A stretch of 64,000 nucleotides of DNA from Candidatus Izemoplasmatales bacterium (GTDB taxonomy: Bacteria; Bacillota_I; Bacilli_A; Izemoplasmatales; Hujiaoplasmataceae). The notes beneath the pieces are model-generated. The model was not told the origin of the DNA, searched no databases, and saw only the letters and a program-made list of their open reading frames with translations. The stretch lies in the NCBI GenBank assembly GCA_050949045.1, contig JBMNEZ010000001.1, positions 1,120,001 to 1,184,000 of the forward strand, written 5' to 3'. The position numbers and the translations under genes were made by a program. Positions 39,216-47,700 of the stretch are shown here, in pieces (positions within the stretch are counted from its first letter, which is position 1; each line of letters starts with the position of its first letter).

Positions 39216-40682
39216 CTACTCAGTAAAAGCATATGGATCGGCGATAAACAAATAGATAGAGTCGATGGTTTGTTCGTCAGATGAGGATATGAAGATATCT
39301 ATCAGGGACTCGTGATCGCTGATTATCTTATTCCTAACGGTGTTTGAGACAAGCAAGGAAAAGTTCAGATAATTGTTTTGATTATTGATGTCTTGATTCA
39401 AGGTGTTGAGATTTTCTTGCTGGACAAACAACATCGGGACCTCGCTTACGACTTCAACAAACATCTTTTGTTCAGAGTCATAGCGATACAAGTACTGGGT
39501 CCTGAATTCGATGTCATAGCGTCTCGATAGCGTCTTCAGCCCTATCCCTCCGACGTTTTTGGTCGCAAATGCCGTATCCGCATCATTGACAAATACGGTG
39601 TGCGGATTGATTCCGTTAGCTCTTTCGACTCTTTTTATCGAATTTATTCCCGATGTGCTGTTTAGGTTGAACCACATTGTATTATAATCGACAGTCTCAC
39701 TTAAAGACTTTCTGACTTCATAGCCTTGAAGCAGTCCGGTATCAGTCAAATACAGTTCATTGATATACCCATAAGAAACGGGCAATGAATCGGTTTTATT
39801 GCCTACAACGGAAACGTAATCATCATCGATGTGGAACTGTGCCGCGCTGCGGTGGAGAGAGACGCCTTCGCCTAGGGTAACGTATTCCACGATCGTTCCT
39901 TTGACATTATTTTCGGCATCTCTCAACACCTCGAAATACGCGACTCTGACCCCTAGATATTTCACAGCAAACCTGTAAGAATCCTCAGAGATGATGTATT
40001 TGACAACATTGGCGCTGCCAAGCTGGATCCGGCATTCTTTTTCCAGCGTCGCGGTATTGTATGAAAGGTATATCTGGCTTTGTTGTTCGCCTAAGACGGG
40101 AAGTGTTCCAGTATAGTCAAGAACGTATTTCAGATTAGTTCCGTCAAAGTCAATCGTCACGCTGTAAATGCCGATTTCAAACTCATGATGGGCCGTGCTT
40201 TCTGGATTAGTATCCAAATAGTTGTTAAAACTGATTACTGATGTCGTTATCAATCCTTCTACCAATGACAAGGCATCAAAAAACACCTTAGATTGATTAA
40301 GGTTGTTCAAAACCATATTCCATTGTTCGCCAAACCCTCCATAGGCAATGTCTGAGAGGTTGACAGGTTGAGAATAGTCATACACTCCCTCACCCTCTTC
40401 AATAAGGTGGGTGCTGAAATCAGCCTTCATTGAGTCCGGAATAAAGTTGTATGGATCAAGTTGATAATTACCCAATAAATATGTCAAATATCCTGAAATT
40501 TCAACTTTTCTGTTCGAAACACTACTAGTAGTAGTCGCCGTGGTGGTAACAGGTTCTTCTGTTGTAATCGTTGTGGTAGAAAAAAATGTTGTTGGGCTCT
40601 CGGTTGTGGTTTCCCTACACCCTAAAACAAAGAGTGATAGGCACAAAATAGACACCCCCAATAATAACGATCGGATCCTCAT
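39216..40682 (-). CDS. Hypothetical lipoprotein
   Basis: Lipobox VLG|C, Thr-rich linker, GGAGG RBS; 488 aa. Confidence 0.75.
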   Translation of the reverse strand: MRIRSLLLGVSILCLSLFVLGCRETTTESPTTFFSTTTITTEEPVTTTATTTSSVSNRKVEISGYLTYLLGNYQLDPYNFIPDSMKADFSTHLIEEGEGVYDYSQPVNLSDIAYGGFGEQWNMVLNNLNQSKVFFDALSLVEGLITTSVISFNNYLDTNPESTAHHEFEIGIYSVTIDFDGTNLKYVLDYTGTLPVLGEQQSQIYLSYNTATLEKECRIQLGSANVVKYIISEDSYRFAVKYLGVRVAYFEVLRDAENNVKGTIVEYVTLGEGVSLHRSAAQFHIDDDYVSVVGNKTDSLPVSYGYINELYLTDTGLLQGYEVRKSLSETVDYNTMWFNLNSTSGINSIKRVERANGINPHTVFVNDADTAFATKNVGGIGLKTLSRRYDIEFRTQYLYRYDSEQKMFVEVVSEVPMLFVQQENLNTLNQDINNQNNYLNFSLLVSNTVRNKIISDHESLIDIFISSSDEQTIDSIYLFIADPYAFTE

Positions 40683-41089
40683 TATCTATATCCTCCATTT
40701 ATTCGGTCTGTTTCTTACGGCTCTTTGTTAATACATTTTTACTATATAATAAGCCACGCGACAAAAAACTCGGTCCAATGTAATAAATAATAGCCGCTAT
40801 GTTTTGTATTAGTTTTTCTTTATGTACAAGTAAATACTAAACTGTGCGTCAAATGACAATAACAATAAAGATGCCGGTTTGAAACAATGCTTGTCAATCG
40901 TCAACCTAATGAATAATCGCCTGGCAATTCGCGTGTTGCTTTATTTCTTTATCTCTTTTCCGGCCAAGCAAGATGTCTTCTGGCAGAAAGATTATACCAT
41001 ATTATTTGCAAGTGATAAATTGTTTTTGCTAACTTTTGTTGATTGAGACATAAATCCAAATGTTGTTCAGATGCTTTGCATGCCCACTG

Positions 41090-41124
41090 AAAAAACAACA
41101 CAAAGCCCTTCCGGGGCTTTGTGT
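41090..41124 (-). terminator. Intrinsic terminator
   Basis: acacaaagccc...gggctttgtgt followed on the minus strand by tgtttttt. Confidence 0.7.
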
Positions 41125-41265
41125 AGGGCATTAGATGCATGGGTTTTCCAGTCGATTCATTACTCATCGGGCAATTCTATCTCAGCGTAACCGACTCCAT
41201 TGTCATTTTTTTAGTTTTGATAAGTTTCAAGACTTCTCTAGTGCCCATAATAATGACTTTTCGGA

Positions 41266-42714
41266 TTAAATCATCTTTGTCAGTCTTTGATAGATCTCTA
41301 CCATCGACAAAGTGTCAAGCTTGCAGTATTCTCTAAGATTCCGCTTCATTTTCTCACGATCTTCGTTATTAAGGTTTTCCAGGCTTTCCAACGCCGCCAT
41401 CGCTTCGGTACCGTTGTGCACCGCTTCCAATTCATGATAAGCCTCGGCTTTTTCAGGACATACCGCCGGATATACCCGTTTGATCGAAAACGAACCTTTC
41501 ATTTCCTTGTTATAAACCATTCCTTGGCGGAATGGATCGAGCAAGTCCACAATACGTTCGATGATTTTTTCTAACTTGATTCCATGAACAGGAAATTGGT
41601 CGGCGAGTTCTCTCAGGATGCTTCTTTCGAATGCGGCATTATACACTATTACCGAACCGTTATCATTGATATTTGTTTCAAGAAAAGCAATCATTTTTTC
41701 ACGAGGATCTTCACTTGGTTCAAGCAAAATATCATAATGAACAGGCTCTGATTTCGCGGATGACAAAACATGAAGCGACGCTTGGTAAGGCAATCTTTGA
41801 TTCGGATGCGTTCCTTTGAATCTGGGAATCACGAAATCAAGCGTTTCGAAATCAAGAAAGTGAAGCGGAAACACCCATTTGTCCAAGAAATTTTCAAGGG
41901 CAGCTTGATTTACATATGGAGCATAGTCATGATAATGATAATCGATTTGTCGCAATTGTATCTCGTTCAAACTGGGATCGTGGAGCGCGATTTCCTCCAG
42001 TGTTCTGATGCCTTGACTATAATATTGGGCTTTCCTTCGGTAATTGTACAAATATAAAAGCGAATCCTCGGGAACCTCGTCATAGCAATGGTCGTGATAT
42101 TCACATTCACCGCAATGACTGAGATACATGAACCCAGGATCTTTCTCTAGGCGGCTAATTTCAACTAGGTTCTTTTTCACATTGTCAACCATCGCAATGA
42201 TCTTTGCGGTTAGGTCTTCAATGATGAAAAAATCTTTAGGATCGATTTCGTCTTCCAATACAAAATCGTTGTTTACATAAATAAGGTTTACTTGATCGAT
42301 TTTCAATCCATAAGTTTTGGCGACATAATATTGAAAAGCCAAATCATGAAGATGGATATCCTTAACTTTTGTGGATGACTTGACTTCATAAATATTACAG
42401 CCCCCATCGGTAATCTCAAGAAAGTCGAAAGAGCATAAAAGATTTTTATATCTGAATGATGCTTCCGCAATGATTTTTTTCCCTTTGTCAATTAAATCTT
42501 TAGTATCTTTGACCATCTGTTCAAAATCATTGTTGTAAGATACTTTTGCCGGGGTCTCAAACAACTTATAGGCAAGTTCACCGACCAAGTGACCTTGATC
42601 TATCCTTCTTTGAACCGAATCGTCAATAATTCCTTTCTCGGGTGTAAATATCGAAAGAAAGAGTTTGCGACGGCAATTGACATAATCGAGATATAGCGAT
42701 TTGGATATATTCAT
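41266..42714 (-). CDS. DUF2779-type protein: Cas4/RecB-like PD-(D/E)XK nuclease plus RNase H-like (DEDD) domain
   Basis: ISKS.Y....C, DFL...IYEVKSS, CGECEYHDHC; FLDFET, VYNAAFE, YCKLD. Start set at MNISKS after AGGGGAG. Confidence 0.75.
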   Translation of the reverse strand: MNISKSLYLDYVNCRRKLFLSIFTPEKGIIDDSVQRRIDQGHLVGELAYKLFETPAKVSYNNDFEQMVKDTKDLIDKGKKIIAEASFRYKNLLCSFDFLEITDGGCNIYEVKSSTKVKDIHLHDLAFQYYVAKTYGLKIDQVNLIYVNNDFVLEDEIDPKDFFIIEDLTAKIIAMVDNVKKNLVEISRLEKDPGFMYLSHCGECEYHDHCYDEVPEDSLLYLYNYRRKAQYYSQGIRTLEEIALHDPSLNEIQLRQIDYHYHDYAPYVNQAALENFLDKWVFPLHFLDFETLDFVIPRFKGTHPNQRLPYQASLHVLSSAKSEPVHYDILLEPSEDPREKMIAFLETNINDNGSVIVYNAAFERSILRELADQFPVHGIKLEKIIERIVDLLDPFRQGMVYNKEMKGSFSIKRVYPAVCPEKAEAYHELEAVHNGTEAMAALESLENLNNEDREKMKRNLREYCKLDTLSMVEIYQRLTKMI

Positions 42715-42759
42715 GGCATTCTCTCCCCTTGTGTTGTTAATAAATAATGTTTTTAAAGA

Positions 42760-42931
42760 TAACATTAGGATTAGGGATACATTTGCTAGTTTGCTTTTTC
42801 AAAATGGTGCTAATCTTAAAACTGTTCAAATGTTATTAGGTCATAAGAGTATTAAGACTACAGAAATTTATTTACATCTTTCTGATAGCTTCATTCAAAG
42901 TGATTATGATAAACACTTTCCTATTGTTTAG
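42760..42931 (+). pseudogene. C-terminal fragment of a tyrosine recombinase/integrase
   Basis: IRDTFASLLFQNGANLKTVQMLLGHKSIKTTEIY (box II with catalytic Tyr); the N-terminal part is missing and the DNA is very AT-rich. Confidence 0.85.
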
Positions 42932-43170
42932 TTATTTTTTTTAGTTGTTCTTTTTCTTTGTGGCTTTTTATTTGCTTTAGCGTCATCTAATATAGCGTTT
43001 ATTTCGTTATGGGTTAATCTTAATACATCTCTTAGCACAGCTAATTCATCTACTTTTAATTTACATTTATTGTTTTCTAGTCTGTGCATTTGTGATTCGC
43101 TTATTTCTAGAATGTTTGCCATTTCTTGTAAAGTTAGTTTCTTTTTACGTCTTATTTCTTTTAGAATCAT
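42928..43170 (-). CDS. XRE-family helix-turn-helix regulator
   Basis: LKEIRRKKKLTLQEMANILEISESQMHRLENN; AAAGGA RBS. Confidence 0.85.
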   Translation of the reverse strand: MILKEIRRKKKLTLQEMANILEISESQMHRLENNKCKLKVDELAVLRDVLRLTHNEINAILDDAKANKKPQRKRTTKKNN

Positions 43171-43283
43171 TGTTTTTTGTTCCTTTCTTTAATTTTTTTT
43201 ATAAAAGTTGTTGATTTCTTCCTAATTAGGAATATTATTAGAGTATAAAATGATGACATGTGGCGTCATCTAGATTTGTTCTA

Positions 43284-43359
43284 TGGTGGCTCAGCGCAGA
43301 ATCGAACTGCGGACACATGGATTTTCAGTCCATTGCTCTACCAACTGAGCTACCGAGCC
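43284..43359 (-). tRNA. tRNA-Phe(GAA)
   Basis: GGCTCGG...ATGGA CT GAA AA TCCAT...TTCGATT...CCA. Confidence 0.96.
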
Positions 43360-43362
43360 GGA

Positions 43363-43438
43363 TGGCGGTCCGGACGGGAATTGAACCCGCGATCTCCAGT
43401 GTGACAGACTGGCATGTTAACCACTACACCACCGGACC
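43363..43438 (-). tRNA. tRNA-Asp(GTC)
   Basis: GGTCCGG...CCAGT CT GTC AC ACTGG...GCCA. Confidence 0.96.
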
Positions 43439-43440
43439 AT

Positions 43441-43517
<77 letters not shown>

Positions 43518-43537
43518 ATATAAAATTGTGATATCTT

Positions 43538-43566
43538 ATGATAACAAAAGCCTATGCCTTTGTCAA
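43538..43566 (-). promoter_or_regulatory. Internal promoter for fMet-Asp-Phe tRNAs
   Basis: TTGACA-17-TATCAT. Confidence 0.7.
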
Positions 43567-43588
43567 TAATAAGCCGTGTGATGCCAAG

Positions 43589-43675
43589 TGGTACCCGAGG
43601 CCGGACTTGAACCGGCACGTCATTTCTGACATTGGATTTTAAGTCCAATGCGTCTACCTATTCCGCCACTCGGGC
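43589..43675 (-). tRNA. tRNA-Leu(TAA)
   Basis: 87 nt with long variable arm; TTGGA CT TAA AA TCCAA. Confidence 0.95.
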
Positions 43676-43680
43676 AAAAA

Positions 43681-43756
43681 TGGTGACCCGCGGGCGATTC
43701 GAACGCCCGACCCTTTGATTAAAAGTCAAATGCTCTGCCTACTGAGCTAGCGGGTC
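43681..43756 (-). tRNA. tRNA-Lys(TTT)
   Basis: TTTGA CT TTT AA TCAAA. Confidence 0.95.
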
Positions 43757-43790
43757 AACAAAGGCCCATATGAGGGCTGAAACTGCTATC

Positions 43791-43866
43791 TGGTGCCGAA
43801 AATAGGACTTGAACCCACAACCTACTGATTACGATTCAGTTGCTCTACCAATTGAGCTATTTCGGC
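43791..43866 (-). tRNA. tRNA-Thr(CGT)
   Basis: ACTGA AT CGT AA TCAGT. Confidence 0.93.
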
Positions 43867-43871
43867 ACTGA

Positions 43872-43964
43872 TGGCGGAGAAAGAGGGATTCGAACCCCCG
43901 CGGCGCTTGCGCGCCCTGTCGGTTTTCAAGACCGATCCCTTCAGCCGGGCTTGGGTATTTCTCC
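43872..43964 (-). tRNA. tRNA-Ser(TGA)
   Basis: 93 nt with long variable arm; TCGGT CT TGA AA ACCGA; G73. Confidence 0.95.
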
Positions 43965-43980
43965 GTGGCTGAGAAAAAAC

Positions 43981-44057
43981 TGGTGGACCCAGTAGGACTC
44001 GAACCTACGACCGATCGGTTATGAGCCGATAGCTCTAACCAACTGAGCTATGGGTCC
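43981..44057 (-). tRNA. tRNA-Ile2(CAT, lysidine-modified)
   Basis: GGACCC...GGCTCATAACC body resembling Firmicutes Ile2 and distinct from the fMet and elongator Met genes; tilS is in the window. Confidence 0.85.
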
Positions 44058-44065
44058 AATATATA

Positions 44066-44142
44066 TGGTAGCGGCGGAGAGACTTGAACTCTCAACCTCA
44101 CGGGTATGAACCGTACGCTCTAGCCAGTTGAGCTACACCGCC
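44066..44142 (-). tRNA. Elongator tRNA-Met(CAT)
   Basis: GGCGGTGTAGCTCA...GTACGGTTCATACCCGTG, the Bacillus-type elongator Met body. Confidence 0.9.
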
Positions 44143-44155
44143 GTATCTTGATGTC

Positions 44156-44231
44156 TGGTGGAGTATAGCGGGATCGAACCGCTGACCTCCTGCTTGCAAG
44201 GCAGGCGCTCTCCCAGCTGAGCTAATACCCC
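44156..44231 (-). tRNA. tRNA-Ala(TGC)
   Basis: G3:U70 pair; CCTGC CT TGC AA GCAGG. Confidence 0.96.
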
Positions 44232-44238
44232 AAAAAAA

Positions 44239-44315
<77 letters not shown>

Positions 44316-44342
44316 AAATTCGCACGTTGCAGTGCGAATAAT

Positions 44343-44371
44343 ATTTTACTATCTCGTCTATTGTTTGTCAA
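44343..44371 (-). promoter_or_regulatory. Promoter of tRNA cluster
   Basis: TTGACA-17-TAAAAT. Confidence 0.7.
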
Positions 44372-44400
44372 ACTTTATTTACCTGATGTTAAGGCTCGTC

Positions 44401-44685
44401 CTATTTGATTTTCGGGTATTTGTCGTTGTTTTTTTCCATCTTTTCCAGGATGATCGCCTCCGGATCCAAACCAAGATCGGCGACCATCGCCAGCGTATAA
44501 AGAAGAACGTCGGCGAGTTCCTCTTTGACGTTTTCCATATCGGGATTTGTATCATCCCATTGATAGTTTTCGAGCAATTCGGCCGCTTCGATCACAATCG
44601 ATTTGGCAAGAGCCTGCGGTGTGTCGCGGTCTTTCCAGCCGCGTTCATCGCGGTACTTGATGATTTTATCCAGCAATTTCCTCAT
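44401..44685 (-). CDS. MazG-like nucleotide pyrophosphohydrolase
   Basis: RDERGW, IEAAELLE, EELADV, KN..KYP. Confidence 0.88.
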   Translation of the reverse strand: MRKLLDKIIKYRDERGWKDRDTPQALAKSIVIEAAELLENYQWDDTNPDMENVKEELADVLLYTLAMVADLGLDPEAIILEKMEKNNDKYPKIK

Positions 44686-44872
44686 TTTGTCTTTCGATCA
44701 CTTTCTTGATTTTCTTTTTAAGGGTCGGCCGATCAATCAGAACGATCCGGCCGCACCCGAGGCATTTGATCTTGCAGTCGGCGCCGAAACGGATGATCTG
44801 CCACTTGTTTTCCCCGCAAGGATGGCCTTTTTTCAGGACGACGACGTCCCCTAAGCGGATGTCTTGTCCCAT
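44666..44872 (-). CDS. DUF951 (YyzM-like) protein
   Basis: GDVVVLKKGHPCG..W.I.R.GAD.KIKCLGCGR; typical position after parB. Confidence 0.88.
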   Translation of the reverse strand: MGQDIRLGDVVVLKKGHPCGENKWQIIRFGADCKIKCLGCGRIVLIDRPTLKKKIKKVIERQNEEIAG

Positions 44873-44873
44873 G

Positions 44874-45728
44874 CTAGGATTTATCCTTGATGAAATCGTG
44901 GAAGGCTTCGATCTCGGCCTCGTCATTAAAGGAGATCACCAGCTTGTTGTTGGACAGGGACGGCTTTTTGGCCAAGGGCAATTTCTTTGTCAATTCGTCC
45001 CTGACTTCGCTTAGTTTGCTTGCGAAGGCGGGCGTGATGTCTTGCCTCTTGATCTCGCGCTTTTTCTTTTCCTTGCGGACAAGCGCCTCGATCTCCCTGA
45101 CATTGAGACGGTTTTCAACGATCAGATTCGCAATGGCCTTGACCCTGTTCACGTCTTTCAGTTTTGACAGGGCTCGCGCGTGTCCCATCGAAATATTGCC
45201 GGAGTTGATCTCGGCTAATATCGATTCGGGCAAAGAAAGAATGCCCAAGGTGTTCGACACATAAGATCGGCTCTTGCCGATCTTCTGCGCCAGTTCGAGA
45301 TGGGTGAGATTCAAGGAATCGATCGCATTTTGATATGCCTGGGCTTCCTCTATGATCGTCAAGTCTTCCCTTTGAATGTTCTCAAGCAGGGCTAGTTCTG
45401 CTAGATATTGGTTGTTATAGTCGCGAATAATCGCCGGCACCGTGTCAAATCCCGCCATCTTTGAAGCTTTTGAGCGTCTTTCACCTGTGACCAACATATA
45501 GCCGTCTGCGATTTTTTTGACAATGATCGGCTGTAAAACCCCGTTCATCCTAATCGACTCGGCAAGTTCCTCCATGGCCGTCTGATCGAAGTGTTTCCGA
45601 GGTTGGAAGGGATTGGGCCGGATCTTGTCGATCGGGATCTCGACGACTTCCTCTTTCTCAAGATCAAGGATCTCGTTTTCTTTCAAAAGATCGCCAAGGC
45701 CCCTTCTGGTCAAATTCTTATCCTTCAT
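44874..45728 (-). CDS. parB: ParB/Spo0J partition protein
   Basis: PNPFQPRK.F, GVLQPI, GERR, ENIQREDL, HTH and GHARAL. Confidence 0.93.
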   Translation of the reverse strand: MKDKNLTRRGLGDLLKENEILDLEKEEVVEIPIDKIRPNPFQPRKHFDQTAMEELAESIRMNGVLQPIIVKKIADGYMLVTGERRSKASKMAGFDTVPAIIRDYNNQYLAELALLENIQREDLTIIEEAQAYQNAIDSLNLTHLELAQKIGKSRSYVSNTLGILSLPESILAEINSGNISMGHARALSKLKDVNRVKAIANLIVENRLNVREIEALVRKEKKKREIKRQDITPAFASKLSEVRDELTKKLPLAKKPSLSNNKLVISFNDEAEIEAFHDFIKDKS

Positions 45729-46494
45729 GGCGCTGGATCACCTCTTTTGCGAGCTGCTTGTAGCTGAGCGATGATTTGCTTTTGGGAGAATACTCGGTCA
45801 CCGGAACACCGTAAAAAGTAGCGTTCGAGCAACTGACATTCCTCGGGATGATCGTCTGGAACACTTTTTCCTTGAAATAGGTCTTGACTTCATTGACAAC
45901 CTGGAAACCCGAAGTGGTCCTTATATCAAGCATCGTCAACAAAACCCCGAAGATCGTGAGCGTCTCCTGATTGACTTTTTTCTTTTTCTGCACCAGTCTG
46001 ATTGTATTCAAAAGTTGAGTGAGGCCGTCCATCGCGAGGAACTCGCACTGGACGGGGATGATGACGCCGTCCGAGGCCATCATCGCATTGATCGTGATAT
46101 AACCGAGCGACGGCGGGCAATCGATTAGGATAATATCATAGTCGTCCTTAACTAAACCAAGTTGCGTATGGAGGATAAAATCGCGGTTGATATTCAACAC
46201 CAGTTTCTCCTCAACCCCCTCGACCATCGTCTTGGCCGGCAGAACATCGATCAGAGGATTGTCGGTTTTTAGAATCACATCGGCGATGTCGCACGTCTCG
46301 CTGAGACAATCAAAAACCGATTTGTCGAAACTGCCGCGATTGATTCCCAGACAAGTCGTCGCATTGGCCTGGTAATCAAGGTCAATCAGCAAGATCTTCT
46401 TGCCAAGGGCAGAAAGCGAACTCGCGAGATTGATGGCGGTCGTCGTTTTCCCGACGCCGCCTTTTTGATTGGCGATTGACAATACTAGACTCAT
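45718..46494 (-). CDS. parA: ParA/Soj ATPase
   Basis: NQKGGVGKTT, DCPPSLG, PVQCEF, IPRNV. Confidence 0.95.
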   Translation of the reverse strand: MSLVLSIANQKGGVGKTTTAINLASSLSALGKKILLIDLDYQANATTCLGINRGSFDKSVFDCLSETCDIADVILKTDNPLIDVLPAKTMVEGVEEKLVLNINRDFILHTQLGLVKDDYDIILIDCPPSLGYITINAMMASDGVIIPVQCEFLAMDGLTQLLNTIRLVQKKKKVNQETLTIFGVLLTMLDIRTTSGFQVVNEVKTYFKEKVFQTIIPRNVSCSNATFYGVPVTEYSPKSKSSLSYKQLAKEVIQRHEG

Positions 46495-46500
46495 TGATCC

Positions 46501-47700
46501 TTATCCTTTCCCCTGATCCTGATTATGGAAATAATTCAGAAAAAGTTCGCGGTTTTCTTTGAAGAAAGCAATTATGCTCGGCAACATAAAAGCATCAGCC
46601 TCCGGTCCGGTGAAAAGCGACAAAATGTCATCGGCACTCAGGAGTCTTTCCATCTGGTCCCATTCATCAGTTCCGGACACTTCGCTCGCAAGATACTGAT
46701 AAAGAAGGGTAAGCGCGATGATCTGTTCATCGGCCTGGTTGGACAGTTTATGCAGTTTGTACTCATAGCGGTCATCGGTGTAGTCCTCAGTCTGCCGGAA
46801 ACGGGTCATGAAGTTGATCAACATCGAGATCATGTCCGACCTGCGGTTAAGGACATACTTGTTCAGATGGTCGGCGGTCTTCTTCATCGAAACGCTAATC
46901 TCTTCGTTCGCGAGGATCTTCTCGAGTCCCTTCTCATGGAGATAGAGATAAAGATTGAAAAGGTTGAGGATATCTTTCCCCGATTCTTTGATCTGTTCGG
47001 AAGTGAAAACGGCCAATTCGCTGGCGAGTTTCTGATAATCAAGATCCTCGTGGATCAGCTCGTTGTTGTTTTGTTTCCTGATTTCATCGATATAGAAGAA
47101 AATATCGTCCTGGTACCTGTCGATGACCTGATTCAACTTAACCCAGTCATAGTTCATATCGGTGTAGAGTTTCTCATTGTAAATGATCTGGGCGAGAAAG
47201 ATGAAGTAGAAAAGGACAAACGTGACGATGTAGATATACATCGTTCCCGGAACCGACCCCGCAATTGTCAAAGCTTCCTGATTGACGATGATGTAGTAGA
47301 CGCCAAGCCCCATCACGATAGTGCCGTAAGTGATATAGGTGTAAAGCTCTTGATAGAAGATAATCACCGTAAGCAAAATATAAAAGAACAGATAAGCATA
47401 GAAACTCCCCGTTCCCTGGGTATAGAAAATCGTTAGTCCCAAACAGTAAAGGATGCTGATCTGGGTCGCAGCCATCAGCTTGTTCAGCCTGATCATGACG
47501 ATCATCAGCAAATATGCCAACACAAACAGCGACACGATCAATACTTTCAAGACAACCGAATAATTAAGGAAAAACGACAAGGGAATCGTGACAATGGTAA
47601 TCACCAACAGAAATGCCATGACGAGGATCGTCTTGATCTTTCTGACTTCGCTCATCGGCAGAAATTCAGCGTCCTTGACTCTTCTAAAGAAAGTGTTCAT
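46501..47700 (-). CDS. Membrane protein with probable degenerate HD-GYP-like cytoplasmic domain
   Basis: 399 aa; about 5-6 hydrophobic segments, then a helical domain containing LYLHEKG and QIIALT..YQYL. The domain call is by eye. Confidence 0.6.
   Translation of the reverse strand: MNTFFRRVKDAEFLPMSEVRKIKTILVMAFLLVITIVTIPLSFFLNYSVVLKVLIVSLFVLAYLLMIVMIRLNKLMAATQISILYCLGLTIFYTQGTGSFYAYLFFYILLTVIIFYQELYTYITYGTIVMGLGVYYIIVNQEALTIAGSVPGTMYIYIVTFVLFYFIFLAQIIYNEKLYTDMNYDWVKLNQVIDRYQDDIFFYIDEIRKQNNNELIHEDLDYQKLASELAVFTSEQIKESGKDILNLFNLYLYLHEKGLEKILANEEISVSMKKTADHLNKYVLNRRSDMISMLINFMTRFRQTEDYTDDRYEYKLHKLSNQADEQIIALTLLYQYLASEVSGTDEWDQMERLLSADDILSLFTGPEADAFMLPSIIAFFKENRELFLNYFHNQDQGKG

Larger units (their letters stand above)
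42730..43283. mobile_element. Decayed integrative element remnant at the 3' end of tRNA-Phe
   Basis: Integrase fragment plus XRE gene in an abruptly AT-rich block abutting the tRNA CCA end. Boundaries are approximate and no att duplicate was found. Confidence 0.55.

Noticed and set aside
41125..41265. Possible gene remnant (...GVGYAEIELPDE*) between the DUF2779 gene and its terminator
   Set aside because: Too short to assign and has no credible start.
40700..43283. CRISPR array or att-site duplicate near the Cas4-like gene
   Set aside because: No regularly spaced repeats and no copy of the tRNA-Phe 3' end were found by eye.
46525..47436. 303-aa + strand ORF
   Set aside because: Antisense shadow of a real gene with no recognisable motifs.
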